Part shown: piece by piece, positions 24,201-37,710 of the stretch
Position numbering within the stretch: the stretch's first letter is position 1
Layout of the letters: the number at the start of each line of letters is the position of its first letter
Origin: Octopus vulgaris
Lineage: Eukaryota
DNA length: 64,000 nt
Assembly (NCBI GenBank): GCA_951406725.2
Contig: OX597815.1
Span: forward strand, 93,930,001-93,994,000
Direction: 5' to 3'
The notes under the pieces: generated by a model
Seen by the model: the letters and a program-made list of their open reading frames with translations, nothing else
Told to the model about the DNA's origin: nothing
Databases searched by the model: none
Made by a program: the position numbers and the translations under genes

Positions 24201-24499
24201 ACTGCAACAGCCTAGGTTTCAGGGGCTTGCAGCTTTTTAATATTTCCCAAAGAGCCTGAGGAACCTACACAATATGGATGTAGGAGTTTTCAAATCAAAA
24301 CTGGACCTCTTCCTGTCGAGAGTCCCAGATGAACCTACCTCACAGCAAGAGGTGCAAATGAGAGTAGCGACATCAAACTTCATTCTTCATCAATTCACCA
24401 AGTGCTACATATTAGAGGAGGCTCTCGGTAATAACAGTGTAGCAAAATGGCGGTGCCCCAGCATGGCCATAGGTTTCAGTTGAAACTACATAAAAAGAT
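21283..24499 (+). mobile_element. CR1-group LINE with near full-length but disrupted APE endonuclease-RT ORF
   Basis: EN motifs LNIGGL, ALVESHL, DR..RSHGGVAVY, GNFNFP, PTRTNNILDLCF, SDHN; RT motifs NYRPFSLTS, YLDFAKAFDKVD, SGVPQGTVL, RDLGI, DYCSQLWSP, LYSLERR; multiple frameshifts and stops. Confidence 0.92.
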
Positions 24500-24585
24500 A
24501 TACACACACACATATATATGTATACATATGTATATACATATACATATATATATACGTATACATCTATATATTCATATATACATAT

Positions 24586-25183
24586 ATCATCATCACCATC
24601 ATCGTTTAACGTCCGTTCTCCATGCTAGCATAGGTTGGACGGTTCGACCAGGGATCTGGGAAGCCAGAAGGCTGCACCAGGCTCCAGTCTGATCTGGCAG
24701 TGTTTCTACAACTGGATGCCCTTTCTAACGCCAACCACTCCGTGAGTGTAGTGGGTGCTTTTTACGTGCCACCTGCACAGGTGCCAGGCGAGGCTGGCAA
24801 CGGCCACGATCGGATTGGTGCATTTTACGTGCCACCGGCACGGAAGCCAGTCAAGGCGGCGCTGTCATCGGCCACGATTCGGATGGTGCTTTTTACGTGC
24901 CACCGGCACGGAAGCCAGTCTAGGCGGCGCTGGCATCAGCCACGTTCAGATGGTGCTTTTTACGTGCCACCGGCACAGGGATCACAACTGCAGTTTCCAT
25001 TGATTTTGATGTTGGTGTACTTCACTCAATGGATCTCCTCAAGCACAGGGTCGAAATGGTTTTTCTTTCACTTGCCACCTGCACAGGAGTCAGTCCAGCG
25101 GTTCTGGTAACTGCCGTGTGCCAGTCATAGGATTGGTTCAATTTCAATTCCGATTTCACTTGCCCCAACAGGTCTTCGCAAGC
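24586..25183 (-). mobile_element. Young RTE 3'UTR copy with ~3.4 internal 63-68 bp direct repeats (24754-24976)
   Basis: (CAT)n GTTTAACGTCCG...; repeated GGTGCTTTTTACGTGCCACCGGCAC; CpGs retained. Confidence 0.85.
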
Positions 25184-25184
25184 A

Positions 25185-25271
<87 letters not shown>

Positions 25272-25284
25272 CATATATATATAT

Positions 25285-25323
<39 letters not shown>
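25184..25323. repeat. (TA)n followed by (AAT)n (the latter is the tail of the adjacent LINE)
   Basis: Direct reading. Confidence 0.9.
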
Positions 25324-26383
25324 TGTGTACAGTGCTCAGGTGCACTACAACTCATCTAAAGTGTATATATAATCAGGTGTAGTTTCGGCGGATTTCGGAA
25401 AGCTTGAGGGCCTTAAAGGATGCAGTGTCATGGCAGTCAACAACTGACGCAGGCAGTTTATTCCGTGCTTCAGCAACTCTGAGCATGAAAAAATGTTTCC
25501 GAAAGTCACGGGAGCTGTGTTGTTTTCTGACTTTGTAGGCATGTCCACGTGTGTTAGACACATGGAGATCAAAAAGGTGTTCAGTGTTGTTGTTGGTGAG
25601 GTGGTTGATAACCTTGTGGGTGTTTACCAAGTCCGTCGCCAGACGCCGGAGCTTCAGTGAATTCATGCCCAGGGAAACAAGGCGCTCAGAATATGGTAGG
25701 TGTCTGATGGAGGGTATGCGTTTGGTTGCACGTCTCTGGACAGATTCCAGGAGGTCAATGTTCTGAGCAAGATAGGGATTCCAAACTGATGATGCGAATT
25801 CCAAGTGTGGTCGTACCATAGCTGTATACAGTTTTAAATAGATGGCTGGAGAGCGGCTAACAAAAGTCTTGCTGAGTGATGCCAAGACACCCTCGGCCTT
25901 CTTGACAATTTTAGAGATATGCTTTGTCCAACGCAAATCACTGCTGACAGTGATGCCTAGGTCACGCTCGCAAGAGGATTTCTTGATATCAGTGTTGTGG
26001 AGGGAGTATGTGGACGCAGGGTTTTTTCTCCCAAAATGCATGGTGGTACACTTGTCCACAGCCAGTTTCAGTTGCCAGTCTGTGATCCATTGCTGCATTG
26101 TGTCTAGGTCTGATTGCAGGAAAGAGTTGTAGACACAGGATCAGTCCTCTTGATTTCAAGGTACAGCTTGATGTTGTCTGCATATTTCAATACTGTGGCA
26201 TTCTTTAAATTGGCATCTATGTCATTAATGTATGCCACAAACAGGAGGGGACCAAGGACAGATCCCTGTGGTACACCCGATGACATCTCATATGGTGTAG
26301 AGTGCTGTCCTAGAACTGTGACTACCTCCTTTCAGCTGAGGATGAAGGATTTCAACCAGTTAAAAAGGTCATCCCCCACACCC
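25284..26383 (-). mobile_element. 5'-truncated CR1-group LINE (RT C-terminal half, (ATT)n tail)
   Basis: SSGVPQGSVLGPLLF, KYADNIKL, ERDLGI, VRPHLEFASSVWNPY, LESVQRRATK, TRGHAYK. Confidence 0.92.
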
Positions 26384-26399
26384 ATATATATATACATAC

Positions 26400-26510
26400 G
26401 AAGTGGTTGGCGTTAGGAAGGGCATCCAGCTGTAGAAACACTGCCAGATTAGACTGGAACCTGGTGCAGCCTCCTGGCTTCCCAGACTCCGGTCAAATCG
26501 TCCAACCCAT
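26400..26510 (+). mobile_element. RTE tail fragment
   Basis: GGTTGGCGTTAGGAAGGGCATCCAGCTGTAGAAAC...CCAACCCAT. Confidence 0.8.
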
Positions 26511-26784
26511 ACAGTTGTTTCCAGGATATTCATTATATCTCTTCAATGGAGATGGTGTGAGAGAATGGTTTAGTAATAGTGAATTTAGATACAATACAAA
26601 ATAGAGAGTGAGGTGGAGGAAAGCAAATAGATGTGAGATGTGTAGGGATATTGTATTTGTAGATCCATTTTTTTGGCAGAATGGTATACATATAAAATTC
26701 CAGTATCTTATGAGTAAAACCCAATAGTATTTAAAATTGGTCATTCCAAGTATGGAGTTTATACACAGTGTTATTGAATCAAGG

Positions 26785-28565
26785 GTTTTATTTAAAGTGA
26801 CCTAAAAATAGGGTGTGTATTAGTAGGCTCAAATTGAAAACAGGAAGAGAAGAATAAAGAAAGAGAAAAAGAAGAGAAAAAAGAGAGAAGGAGAAGAAAG
26901 TAAGAAGAAAATAATAAAATAATAAAAAATAAAAAACAAGAGAGGAATAAAGGAAAGAAAGAAATAAGAAAAAAGAAAAACAAAGATATAGATAAGGGAA
27001 AGTGTACCATTTAATTTCTCTATTAACCATGAGGTTGACAAAAAGAGGGGACGATACATGGACAGACAAAACAAACATTGGGGTCAGGGTATCGAGTGAG
27101 ATGAAACATATGAATAAACAAACAATTAAAATATATACAATTAAATGAGAAAGAGTGATTTACAAAAAATGAAGCGGAGGATGTAATTGACCCCACAAAC
27201 CACATACTCACACTGAAGAATTTGCTTTCTCCTTTTTATATTCTCGTTTAGATAGGTTCTTTCACTTGCAACATACTTGCTATAAACTTCCATCTTTTAT
27301 GAAACACACTTTGCGACAGGCATTTCTTCTCCAGCCTTATTTTCCATTTCATGTGGAAAACGAAAAAGTCGATTAGCTCGAGACTGGAGATGAACATACC
27401 TGTTGCAATTCCTTTCACTTTCATCTTCCATACTACCTCTTTTGCAACAGTAACTACTGAGAGAAAACAGGCTCGCTCCTCCCTATTCAGGGAGGTCGGC
27501 GGAATGATCTTAATTAAAGATTCGCTTGACAGTTGTACTCTTCTCAAATGTGACAGCAGGTGTTCGACATAAGCCCAGAGCTCAGTCACTCTGGGGCATT
27601 GCACAATCATGTGCAGGACAGTTTCACTGTCCTGCTCGCATCTTGCACAAACTGGCGAAGGTGCACACCCATGTCTAAAGAGCTTATCTCAAACCAGTAA
27701 AGCTCCTCTGTAACATTGTCAGGCCAGGGACTTTTGGTAATTATCCATAGGCCCAAGCCTGAAAGTTCTTTGGAATAGGTTGGCCAGTTGATCTTTGTCA
27801 AAGCCTAGGGTTTCTCCCAGGATGTCATTACACTTGAACTCTACTAACCCTCTATAGAAGAACAAGGTAGTACCCCTGCCACCGGCATTGCCTGACTGGG
27901 GGAGAAGCACAAGTGCCTGATGGCACTCTGCATGTCAGATGCCCAACCTCAGTCTACACTTGATCCATGGGTTCAGTTTGGTAAATGATGTGAACTGTGG
28001 AAATAACAGCTTGATGAATGGAGACCACACTTGCTCACCATCCAGGTAAAGCCAGAGATGCCTAAGCCTGAGCGCATGTCTACGCATTTTTAGCCACGGC
28101 ATCCCTAGCCCACCCTTCAGCAGTTTTTAGCAGCAGATAGAGCACCTTACAAGAGGTCTCTGCCCCTCCACAAAAAGCAAAAGAGCATGCATTCCAGCTT
28201 GTTCAGCCACGAATTGGGGCAAGGCATGACAGTCAGGCGGTAAGTGATTACAGGGGTGATAAACACCTCTGCAACCTCCGCCCTCCCTTTCAAGGACAGC
28301 CTCCGCTCAGACCAAGTCTGAGTTAGGAGAGCTACTTTGCTCCCCACCTTGCTCCAATTCTTCTCTATCTGGAGATCTGGACCTAACCAGACTCCACTCA
28401 TTTTCACCAGCCCTTCTGTCCAATATCCCACGATGTTGTCAGAAGGCATCGACTTGCCCCTCCAGGTGCCGAGTTGCAAGCCAACTGATGTATCCCGGTT
28501 GATTTTTGCTCCTGCCACCGCTTTGTAACCCCTTAAGGCCTCATCTACCCACTGTAGGTGCTCGA
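26785..28565 (-). mobile_element. 5'-truncated L1/Tx1-clade LINE (ORF2 C-terminus with Cys/His zinc motif, pyrimidine-rich 3'UTR)
   Basis: AGAKINRDTS, WSERRLSLKGRA, ETV.HMIVQCPRV..LW; AATAAA on minus strand near 26787-26792. Confidence 0.85.
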
Positions 28566-28739
28566 CCTGGGATACATTGACCAGTTAGTGGTCAGTGGAG
28601 ATAATTTGAAAGTAGGAGAGGGGAGATAAAGGGCGAAAGAGAGAGAAAGGTATTAGAGTGTAAAAAAGATAGAAGGAATGGGGGGGGGTGATAAAAGGTA
28701 AAGGAGTGACAAATGTGTAGTGATAGAGTCTAAGTGATG

Positions 28740-29217
28740 GGGCAGACCATTCGAACATTGGGCCTCATTGACGCAATGATAAGTGATCGAGACCTTTGGA
28801 GTGAGACCATAACCATGGCCTATGCCAGTGCTGTATAATCAGCCCATTTAAGAGTACCTTCAATCATTGGGCAATATACTGTGCTTGAGAAGACCTGTTG
28901 AGTCAAGTGAAATCATTGTCATGGCCGATGCCAGTACCGCCTGACTGGCGCCCATGCTGGTGGCATGTAAAAAGCACCATTTGAGCATGGTTGATGCCAG
29001 TACTGCCTGATTGTCTCTCATGCTGGTGACACATTAAAAAGTACCCACTACACTCTCAGAGTGGTTGGCGTTAGGAAGGGCATCCAGCTGTAGAAACCTT
29101 GGCAGATCAGATTGGAGCCTGGTGCAGCCACCTGGCTTTCCAGTCCTTAGTCAAACCAGCTAACCCATACCAGCATGGGCAGCGGATGTTAAACAATGAT
29201 GATGATGATGATGATGA
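28740..29217 (+). mobile_element. RTE 3'UTR/tail copy with (GAT)n
   Basis: Collinear with 15500-16057. Confidence 0.85.
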
Positions 29218-29229
29218 GGTACTAATGCA

Positions 29230-32200
29230 GCCAGACTGTGATGAACAAATAATCTAGTAGCTTTACCACAGGAGACATGTCCCCTCTTCCTGTGAGTTCC
29301 AAAACTTTAGGGTAGCAAGCATAAATATAGGCATGATGAAAGGCTGATCTGGTGGGATTGTGGAGATGCTGTATGCAACAGGTAAGATGGAAGTGATCCT
29401 CAACCAAACTACTCATGGTTAAGACAGCAGCACAAATTCTTCTGGGTGAATAACAGTGACAGCAGGGGTGGAGTAGGTATACTGTTAGATGAGAGATGGA
29501 CAGATAAAGTAACTGAGGCAGTTAGGGTATGTGACAGGATAATTAAGTTGAAACAAACTAAAGGCAACTCAAAATTTTTCTTAGCATGTGCTCCACAAGC
29601 AAGACTGCTAGAAAAAACAGAAGGACCACTTCTATGAAAACCTTCTGCAGACTACATAAACAATGATTGACAGTGACCTCATTACTGTGGCTAGTGACTT
29701 TTAATGGATATGTTGACCAACATGTTGATAGCTCCCATGGCATGTGGTTATGACTCAAGAAATGAAAAGCTGGAGTTCTGTGATGCACTTGATCTAATAT
29801 TTGTAAAACACACTTTAAGAAGCCAGTCAACTACCTCATCACCTACCAATCTGGTGAACACCCAAGTCAAGTTACATTATCACCAGGAAAATAGACAGAA
29901 GTGCTAATGTAAATGACAAAACCATTTCTGGCACTATGCAACATAGCTTAGTGGTTAGTGACTTTAGAACTGAAGCTAGGCAAACCTAGAAGAAGGAATC
30001 TATGTACAAAGATCCTGTAATTAGGAATCGGTTTAGAGAAATTCCAATTGATGCATATGACTGTAGGGAAAAAGATTTAGATACCTGTAGAATAGATGAC
30101 AATTTGGAATTTCTATGAAATAATCTTCTTAGGGCTACAGATCTGACATGTGGCTGGAGCAAAGTGTTAACCAAACCAAATATAATGTAGTGGTGGTGGA
30201 ATGACAACTGATAGAACAGTTAAGGCTAAGAAAGGCTTGGAAAATCTGAAAAGAAGGTGGTGGTAGGGAGCATTACCTAATAAATTGAAATGTTATCTAT
30301 GTGGTGGGTATATGTGACTGAAGGTGGGGCAGAAAAGAAGAGACTTGCATGTGTCCTGCAACACAGGGATATGATGCATAAAGAGTTCTGGATTGTGAGA
30401 CAAAACCAAAATGTCATTGGTGAGAAGTGTATTTGGAATGATGAAGGCATACTCGAAAAAGCAGGGGCTACCTCATGCTGACCCTACAGAGGAACCATCA
30501 ATTACTACGGTGTGGTAGTAAAACAATCAATGACATGAAGAGAAGGAATGTCACGGGCCCATCAGGGATGGTTGCAGAGATGCTCAAAAAATCTTATGAG
30601 GCAGGATACGCAATTATTACCCAGATATTTAATCAACTCATATAGGAAGGTGTCATGCTCAATAACCGACATAGTTGTATCCTTGTAAACTGCTATGAAG
30701 GAAAAGGAGATTCCTTAGAGAGAAGCAACTATAAAGAAATAAAATTACTAGATCAGATTATGAAGGTCACAAAGAGTCGTAGCCCAATTGACTTGTGATA
30801 GAGAAAGCCTAATGAGATACAGTTTGGCTTTGTTCCTGGCATAGCTACCATAGATGCAATCTTCTTAGTGAGCTAACTGCAGGAAAAATACTTAGCTAAG
30901 AATAAACCATTATTCCTAGCTTTTGTTGATTTGAAGAAAGTGTTTGACAGGGGATCACACTCAGTAATTTGGTGGTCACAGAGGAAACTAGGTGTAATGG
31001 CTTATGAAGGTTGTATAAACTATGTACAAAGGCATCGTAAGTAAAGTGGTAGTCAACAATTTTAGTGACAAATTTAGCATGAAGGTGGTCCTTCAAAGTT
31101 TAGTCCTAAGTCCCCTCCTCTTCGTCATAGTCATACAGGCCATCACAGATGAGTTTAAGACTACCAGCTCATGGGAATTCCAATAGGCTGAGGATCTACT
31201 TCTCATAGCTAAATCTAAAAGGGAATAAGAAAGGAAATTTCTGACATGGAAGATAGTCCTAGAACTGAGAGGTCTTAAACCTAGCAGGGATGAAGGTTTT
31301 AGTAAGAAATAAGACAGGACCTTAGTAATCTTTAGAGAAATGTATGTAGAAAAGGAGTAGGTATAAACTCCATATGCTGTACCCAATAAATCTATGGACA
31401 GACAAGAAATATGAAATTATAAACTATCTGAGAATCTAACCTTCGTATGGTATAGATGTACTGGAACAGTACATAGGATCACACTGAAAATAGTTTCTCT
31501 TAATTTTGTTACTTTGGAGAAGTAATTAGCAAAGGAATTAGTTGCTCTGAAAGTATAGTAGCCAGAGTAAGAATGGGCTAGAGAATGTTCAGGGAGTTAT
31601 TACTGCTGCTGACAACAAATATCTTTTCCTTTAAAGAGGAAATTGTATGACCCTTGTATCAGAACTGCCTTGAATGCAGACGACATGAGATGACTGCAAA
31701 GAAATGAAGCAAACATGCTTCATTGGATGTGCAATGTAAGTGTACATAAAAAGACAGTACAAATGTGCAGAAGGTAAAGCTGGACGTAAGGGGACCCAAA
31801 TGTAATGTGCAAGAAAGAAAATAGCACTGGTATGGTCTTGTGATGCATATGGGTGAGGACAACTGTATATAAAAAAAAGTGCCAATCACTAAATGTGGCT
31901 GGAACATATGAAAGAGAGATACCTAGAAAGACATGGGACAAGGTGGTGAAGGACCTCTGGATCTTGAACCTCACAGAGAAGATGACAAAAGACTGGGATG
32001 ATGGTGATATGAGATTCTCAAGGAGACCTGCTCACCTTGGCAAAACAATTCTGGTACAGCTGTGTGTATATCAATATATGCAAAACTAGGCCCTTTGTCC
32101 AATTTCCTTCCTTCTCAAGACACCCACCACCATGCATCTCTAACTGCAATTCTTCTTTAATACTACTTTTCTTATTACCCAGAACCACTTCACTTATCCA

Positions 32201-32850
32201 TTTTTACATCCATTAATACTGTTCTTACCACCCACAATTTTATTGATCACCTATCTCCACTGTACCACCAAATTCTCACCTCATCATATGCAAAACCAGC
32301 CTCAGGCATTCCTGCACCCTACCCAACAACATATCATCTCTCATCCTTCTTTTTTATGTATTTTCTTTTCTGTTGCTCCACACTATCAAACATCCTCTAC
32401 TCTCCCATTTACTCCTGCCCCATCTTACCCCATTCATTCCTAACTATGTCAAACCTGGAGGGTCCATGCTGACACCTCATCACTGCTATTTTTTTATTGC
32501 TTTGCAGCTCCAACCAACAACTCACCCTTTATTTTAAAACAGAAGTAGTCATTTAGCTCAACTACAATAAGAAACCTGCTCTATTCTGGCCATTTTCTCT
32601 CACACTTTACCCCACTTTTTTCTCATTTAGCATAAAGTTGCACATCTTTGGGTTTGTACTCTGCAAGCTGCATGCCTACCTCATTAATGCTGGTGGCATG
32701 AAAAAAGTACCCAAAAATATTTTGCAAAGTGGTTGGCATTAAGATGGGCATCCAGTTGTGGAAATTGTAAAAGCAGACACTAGATCACAATGAAGACCTA
32801 TCAAACCATCCAATCCACGCCAGTATGGAATATAGATGTTAAATGATGAT
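29230..32850 (+). mobile_element. Old, nearly full-length decayed RTE LINE
   Basis: EN remnants GVGILLDERWTDKV and CAPQ; RT remnants DAIFLVS.LQEKYL and LAFVDLKKVFD; C-terminal PRKTWDKVV; tail ending GATGTTAAATGATGAT. Confidence 0.8.
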
Positions 32851-32854
32851 CCAT

Positions 32855-33037
32855 ATACACATAGATATATGCACACACTCATACACACTATGTATATACA
32901 CACACACACACTCATACACACATACGCATACACACTATATATATATATACACACACACTCATACACACTATGTATGTATATGTATATACACACACACACA
33001 CACACAAACACACATACACTCATACATATACACACAT
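32855..33037. repeat. (CA)n/(TA)n compound microsatellite
   Basis: Direct reading. Confidence 0.9.
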
Positions 33038-33789
33038 ATTGTATTGAACAGGGAGCAAAAAAATCATGAACTGTTCTAGAAATCAGCTGCCTTACAGATG
33101 CAAATGTCTCATCAAAAATTGGGGAACAGAACAACTATGAAGAACTGATAAAAAACACAACTCTTATATGCAGGCCAAAAACTTTCATTATATACTTATT
33201 ATCATAGTTGCACTGGCCAAGGTAATAACAAATTTGCATAAAAGCTTAGAAAAATTTTGGGGTTCTCCAACAAAGAACAAATCAAAATGATTAGTCTATG
33301 GTGAATTAGAGACAGATCGAAAATTTATAAAACATTCCAGGCCTTCTCCATTTGGAATACACAATGTAATATGAGTATCTCGTGAGATAGGGGTGTTAAT
33401 TCAGGCCATCATCTGAGAGATTTATCTCCCTTCGTGTGATATTGGGATGTGTATTTATAATTGTATGCAGACATACGCATATATACACGATTAAAATTAT
33501 ATGAAAAGGGATGAGGAGATAGAAAGACAGACAAGCAGAAATGTGGATAGCTAGGAACATGGACATGCAAACATATATATGTGTTGTTATGCTGACAGAC
33601 TGACTGGTAAATGAACAGATATGTGGATATAAGTGGTCATGCCCGTAGAGAGATAGCCATCTAAATGCACAGGAAGACAGTCCAGTAGATGTACAGTAGA
33701 TTGATAGCTATCTATGTAGATTGTTGGGAGGATAATTATGCATGTTTAGATAGGTAGGTGGACAACAAGATAGGTTGTTGTTTTCACTA

Positions 33790-34090
33790 CCTAGCTCCAA
33801 CTCTGAAATCACTATCCACTAACCTATATTGTATAGTGCATTTTTTTCCAGGAATAGTTTTGTTATTTACATTAGCCCTTCCATCCAGTTTCCTGGTGAG
33901 AATGTAATAAACATTTCTAACAGGTTGTTGTCTTCTGCATTCAAGGTTTCCATTCTTGCAACCCTGCAATATCATACAGACTGCCTTTCACTGAGAGAGA
34001 AAACCTTAATTGTCAACCTATTCTTACTCTGGCTACTCTGATTTCAGAAGGCACTACAGCACCCTCTATTTCCAATCGATATTATCAATA
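33790..34090 (-). mobile_element. Decayed RTE ORF fragment
   Basis: Minus strand GTAGCCAGAGTAAGAATAGG (VARVRIG) and TTTTCTCTCTCAGTGAAAGGCAGTCTGTATGAT (FSLSVKGSLYD). Confidence 0.6.
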
Positions 34091-34893
34091 ACATTCAATA
34101 TAATGAGTCCGTTTTTCTTTAATTCTTTCTTTATAATTGTACATTATATAATCCTTAAGCTTAATGTCAGTAGCCATACCCTAGTTTATGAAAAAATATA
34201 AAAATCCTTGTATAGAACTGGGCACTTCACAGTTCCAGTGACACGGTGTTTGGCTGTTGTGCACATGCTCACATGTCCAAGATAGGAAGCTGCACGCTAG
34301 GGAGAGAGAGCACTGTGCTTCACGTAGTGCCGACCCTGGTGTGCTGGTGAAATTTAGAGTTTCTTTTTGACTCTACATGTGTTGTACTTAAAAAAGTGTT
34401 TATATTCTTGAATGTGATAGAATTAGATTATTATCCTTCTTCCAACTAGTGTTGCTGCCAGGATTTGAAAAATAGTGCAAATTTTCCCCACTTATTTTGT
34501 GATTAAGGAGGGGGGGGAGTGAAAAACAAGGGAGAATTCACGGTGGTGTTCAGTGAACAAATTAAACACACTACCTGGCAGTGGCTAAAACATGAATCGA
34601 TCAAGTTTATGTATAAATTTCTTTTTATGTTTGTTTTCTTTTACACCATATTACAACAATTGCTAACAATTTTTTGAAGCAGCACCCCAACTAATTTTAT
34701 CTATGAGCCACCACTGTACTTAATACTACCTACTTCCATACAACTCACTATCACCATATCTATTAACTCCATTCTTTATTTGATTAACACTTTTAAGACC
34801 CAGAAACAAAGATGAAATTATTGATCACTATGAGCATTGTACTCTCCATCTGCCACATATACACACTCTCTCTCTCTCTCTCTTGCATATATA

Positions 34894-36317
34894 TTGGGTC
34901 ATTCCATAAATAATGTGGTTTTTTTTATATTTATTTTATTTTTCAAAATTAAGATAAACAAAATTCTTTATTAATCTAAAATATACTCTTCATTTTCTAC
35001 AATGCTCTTTCATCTATCCGGTAGACTTGCAAGCCCCTTCTCCCAAATTCACTTGTCTCAGATGAAAAATACTCCTCCAGTATTGTTCTGTCCTCATCTA
35101 TAGAATTTATATTTTTTCCATTCAAATGATTACCAGATGGGGCAATGTCCGGTAAATATAGTAGGTGAGACATCATTTCCCATTCAAGCTGCTCCAGCCT
35201 TTCGAATGTCATTCTTGCTGTATGTGGCTGAGCATTATCTTGATGGAAGAACACCTTGTATCTTGAAACCAAAAGTGGTCATTTTTTCTCTAGTGCTGAC
35301 TTAAGCTGCTTGCAGTAGATCTCCTTTGTTATCATTTGGTTCGGGTTAAAAAAGTTCAAAGTGGACTAAACCTTTCATATCCCACCAAACAGATAATAAC
35401 ACCTTACATGGGTGAAGACCTTTAGCCTGGGTGGTGGTGTTTCTCCTTTCCGCGGGCATGGCTGTGTGGTTAGGGAGCTTGCTTCCTAGCTACATGGTTT
35501 CGGGTTCAGTCCCACTGCGTGGCACTTTGGGTAGGTGTCTTCCACTATAGCCCCGAACCGACCGGAGCTTTGTGATTGAATTCGGTAGGTGGAAGTTACT
35601 GCCGTGTGTGTATGTGTGCGTATAGCTGCTCAGTGCCTCTCCGAAAGAGAGAGAGAGAGAGAGGGATACCCACTGTCTTTGGCACTTGACATTTTTATAG
35701 AGAATCCATTTCTCATCACCAGTCACTATTCGGTCCAAAAAAGGTTCATTCGTTCATTCTGAGAGTGATTAGACTTGGAAAGGAATCCATTGACCCAATT
35801 TGCTGACTTTTCTGATGGCACACAGGTGTTGATGAATTGTTGAATGACCAAATCCAAGCTTTTCTGCTAGATCCCTAACAGTTACTATATTTTGTTCCAT
35901 CAGGGTTTGCAGGACATCTTCGCCAAGCTCTACAGATCTTCCAGGACAAAGCTCATCTTCTAGGCTATAGTTTCTGGCTTGGAATTTCTGGAGCCATTGT
36001 TGACACTGGCTTATGCTTATTGTCCAATCCCCATATACTGCATTAATATTCCTTGCACTTTCCATTGCATTGTTGTGTGTATTGAACTCATAAAGGAAAA
36101 TATGCCAAATATGTTCCTCTGTCACTTTCATTATAGCTTTGAAAAAATAACTCAAAAATCGAACTACTCTTCAGAACTTGCACCAAGAATAAGGACAAAG
36201 TAAAATTTCTAGCTGCTTTTATAGCAAGTTGATGCAAGTAGTTTAAGCCCACTCACCTCCAACTTTTAGTTCATGCAAATGAAAAAATACATTTACATTA
36301 TTTATGGGATGACCCAA
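34894..36317 (-). mobile_element. Full-length decayed mariner (DD34D) with 22-bp TIRs and TA TSD
   Basis: TIR TTGGGTCAT(T/C)CCATAAATAATG matches 21/22; TA flanks; HIFLYEF, KLGQWIP, DRIVTGDEKW, FHQDNAQPH, YLPDIAPS. Confidence 0.93.
35454..35663 (+). mobile_element. tRNA-derived SINE (family 1) 5' half inserted in the mariner
   Basis: A box TGGCTGTGTGG, B box GGTTCAGTCCC, then CTTTGGGTAGGTGTCTT; splits the transposase. Confidence 0.85.
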
Positions 36318-37554
36318 TATATATATATATATAGTGAACTGTTCTGTGATGGTAAAATTAACAAAAAAGTGCCCTATCTGGTGAGAGATAAATAAATACC
36401 ATGTATAGATAGAGAGATAACAGTGGGGAACCTTAACTCCTGCTAAATTTGCAGAGGTGTCATGATATTTGGCTTGTCTTGGGCATTTTTAACCTGGTTG
36501 AGCTCATTCCTCTCAAGGTCTGAACAGTCATTTCATGGGGGGGGGGAGATCCTGGTGCTTGGTTGGTAAAGGATGAAATGCAAAGTTGATAACAGTAAAA
36601 TTTTAACTCAAAGTACTGGAACAAATGCAGTGAAGCATTTTACCTGATATTAGCAGTTCTGTTAATTTGTCATTGATTAAACCATAAAGATATTAAGGAT
36701 ACCTGAAGATAAGATAGGTTGGTCTCAATTGGAATGGTTTTGTTCACAGATCCGTTAAAATAAAAGCTGACACTGGAGGTTAAAAAACACAATGTATCTG
36801 TGAAAATACCTGCTTGAGCAAGATGTAAATATACTAATTTAAAAAAAAATCCTAACCAGTAAGATAAGATACAAAAATGGGAATGTAGAATAGAAAAAAA
36901 AATCTTTAGTTATCTATCCGTTTTCAAATTTTTTTGTACATGTGATTTTAGTCCTAGTTTTAATCTGTTGAGAAAATTTATTGCAAGTTTTCTTTCCTCG
37001 ATGAACTAAAAAATGTTTGAAAACATCGTCAGTTTTACAATTGTTTACTTTTAGATGTCATGGGTTAGACATGTCTGCCATACACACATCTCTCACATAG
37101 TTTGACCTTATGATGCATTGCATGACATTTTCACTGGAGTATTTTTTGTTAACACAATCTGCTTCCTGTAAGAGCAGGTCAAGTTCTCAGATTTCAATAA
37201 AAGAGTGTGTGTGTGTGCTAATGGGAAAATATGATCCATACCATTTCACTTCAAGCAGAGCCTGGCACAGGCAACCACTTGTTTCCTTAGATTCTGGTTT
37301 ATATTGCACTTCATAACAATAAACTTACAAGGTTTTCTAATGTTCATAATTTTGGCTCCATTTCCCTTTGTGCTACCACAAATTAAGCAACATTAATAGA
37401 TAATTATTTTAAATGAGAAGAATAAACAATCTGCTATGATTTATCAGAATCATATTAAATTTCAAGAGATGGAGCATACATAATTACAGTTTCTTTGTTG
37501 CCTTAAGGTATTTAGGATGTAACCAATTAACTATTCAGTTATATCTTTATGGAT

Positions 37555-37710
37555 TGCAGACATGACTAAATGGTTAAGAAGTTTCCTTCACAATCAGGAA
37601 ATCCCAGGTTTGATTCTTCTGCACAAAATTTTGGGTAAATGTCTTTTATCATCACCTCAAGTCAACCCAAGTACTGTGAGTGAAATTGGTAGATAAAAAC
37701 TTTGTGGATG
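37555..37710 (+). mobile_element. SINE family 1 head, decayed
   Basis: CATGACTAAATGGTTAAGAAG...GGTTTGATTC...TTGGGTAAATGTCTT. Confidence 0.65.

Noticed and set aside
26788-27078. Phe/Leu/Ser-rich membrane-like ORFs
   Set aside because: Pyrimidine-rich low-complexity 3'UTR of the L1/Tx1 element
34210-34716. Possible hAT/Harbinger-like element ending ...GAGCCACCACTG
   Set aside because: Only one putative terminus found; no matching TIR or TSD
35454-35530. tRNA gene (A and B boxes)
   Set aside because: No cloverleaf acceptor stem seen; continues into SINE body and is repeated many times
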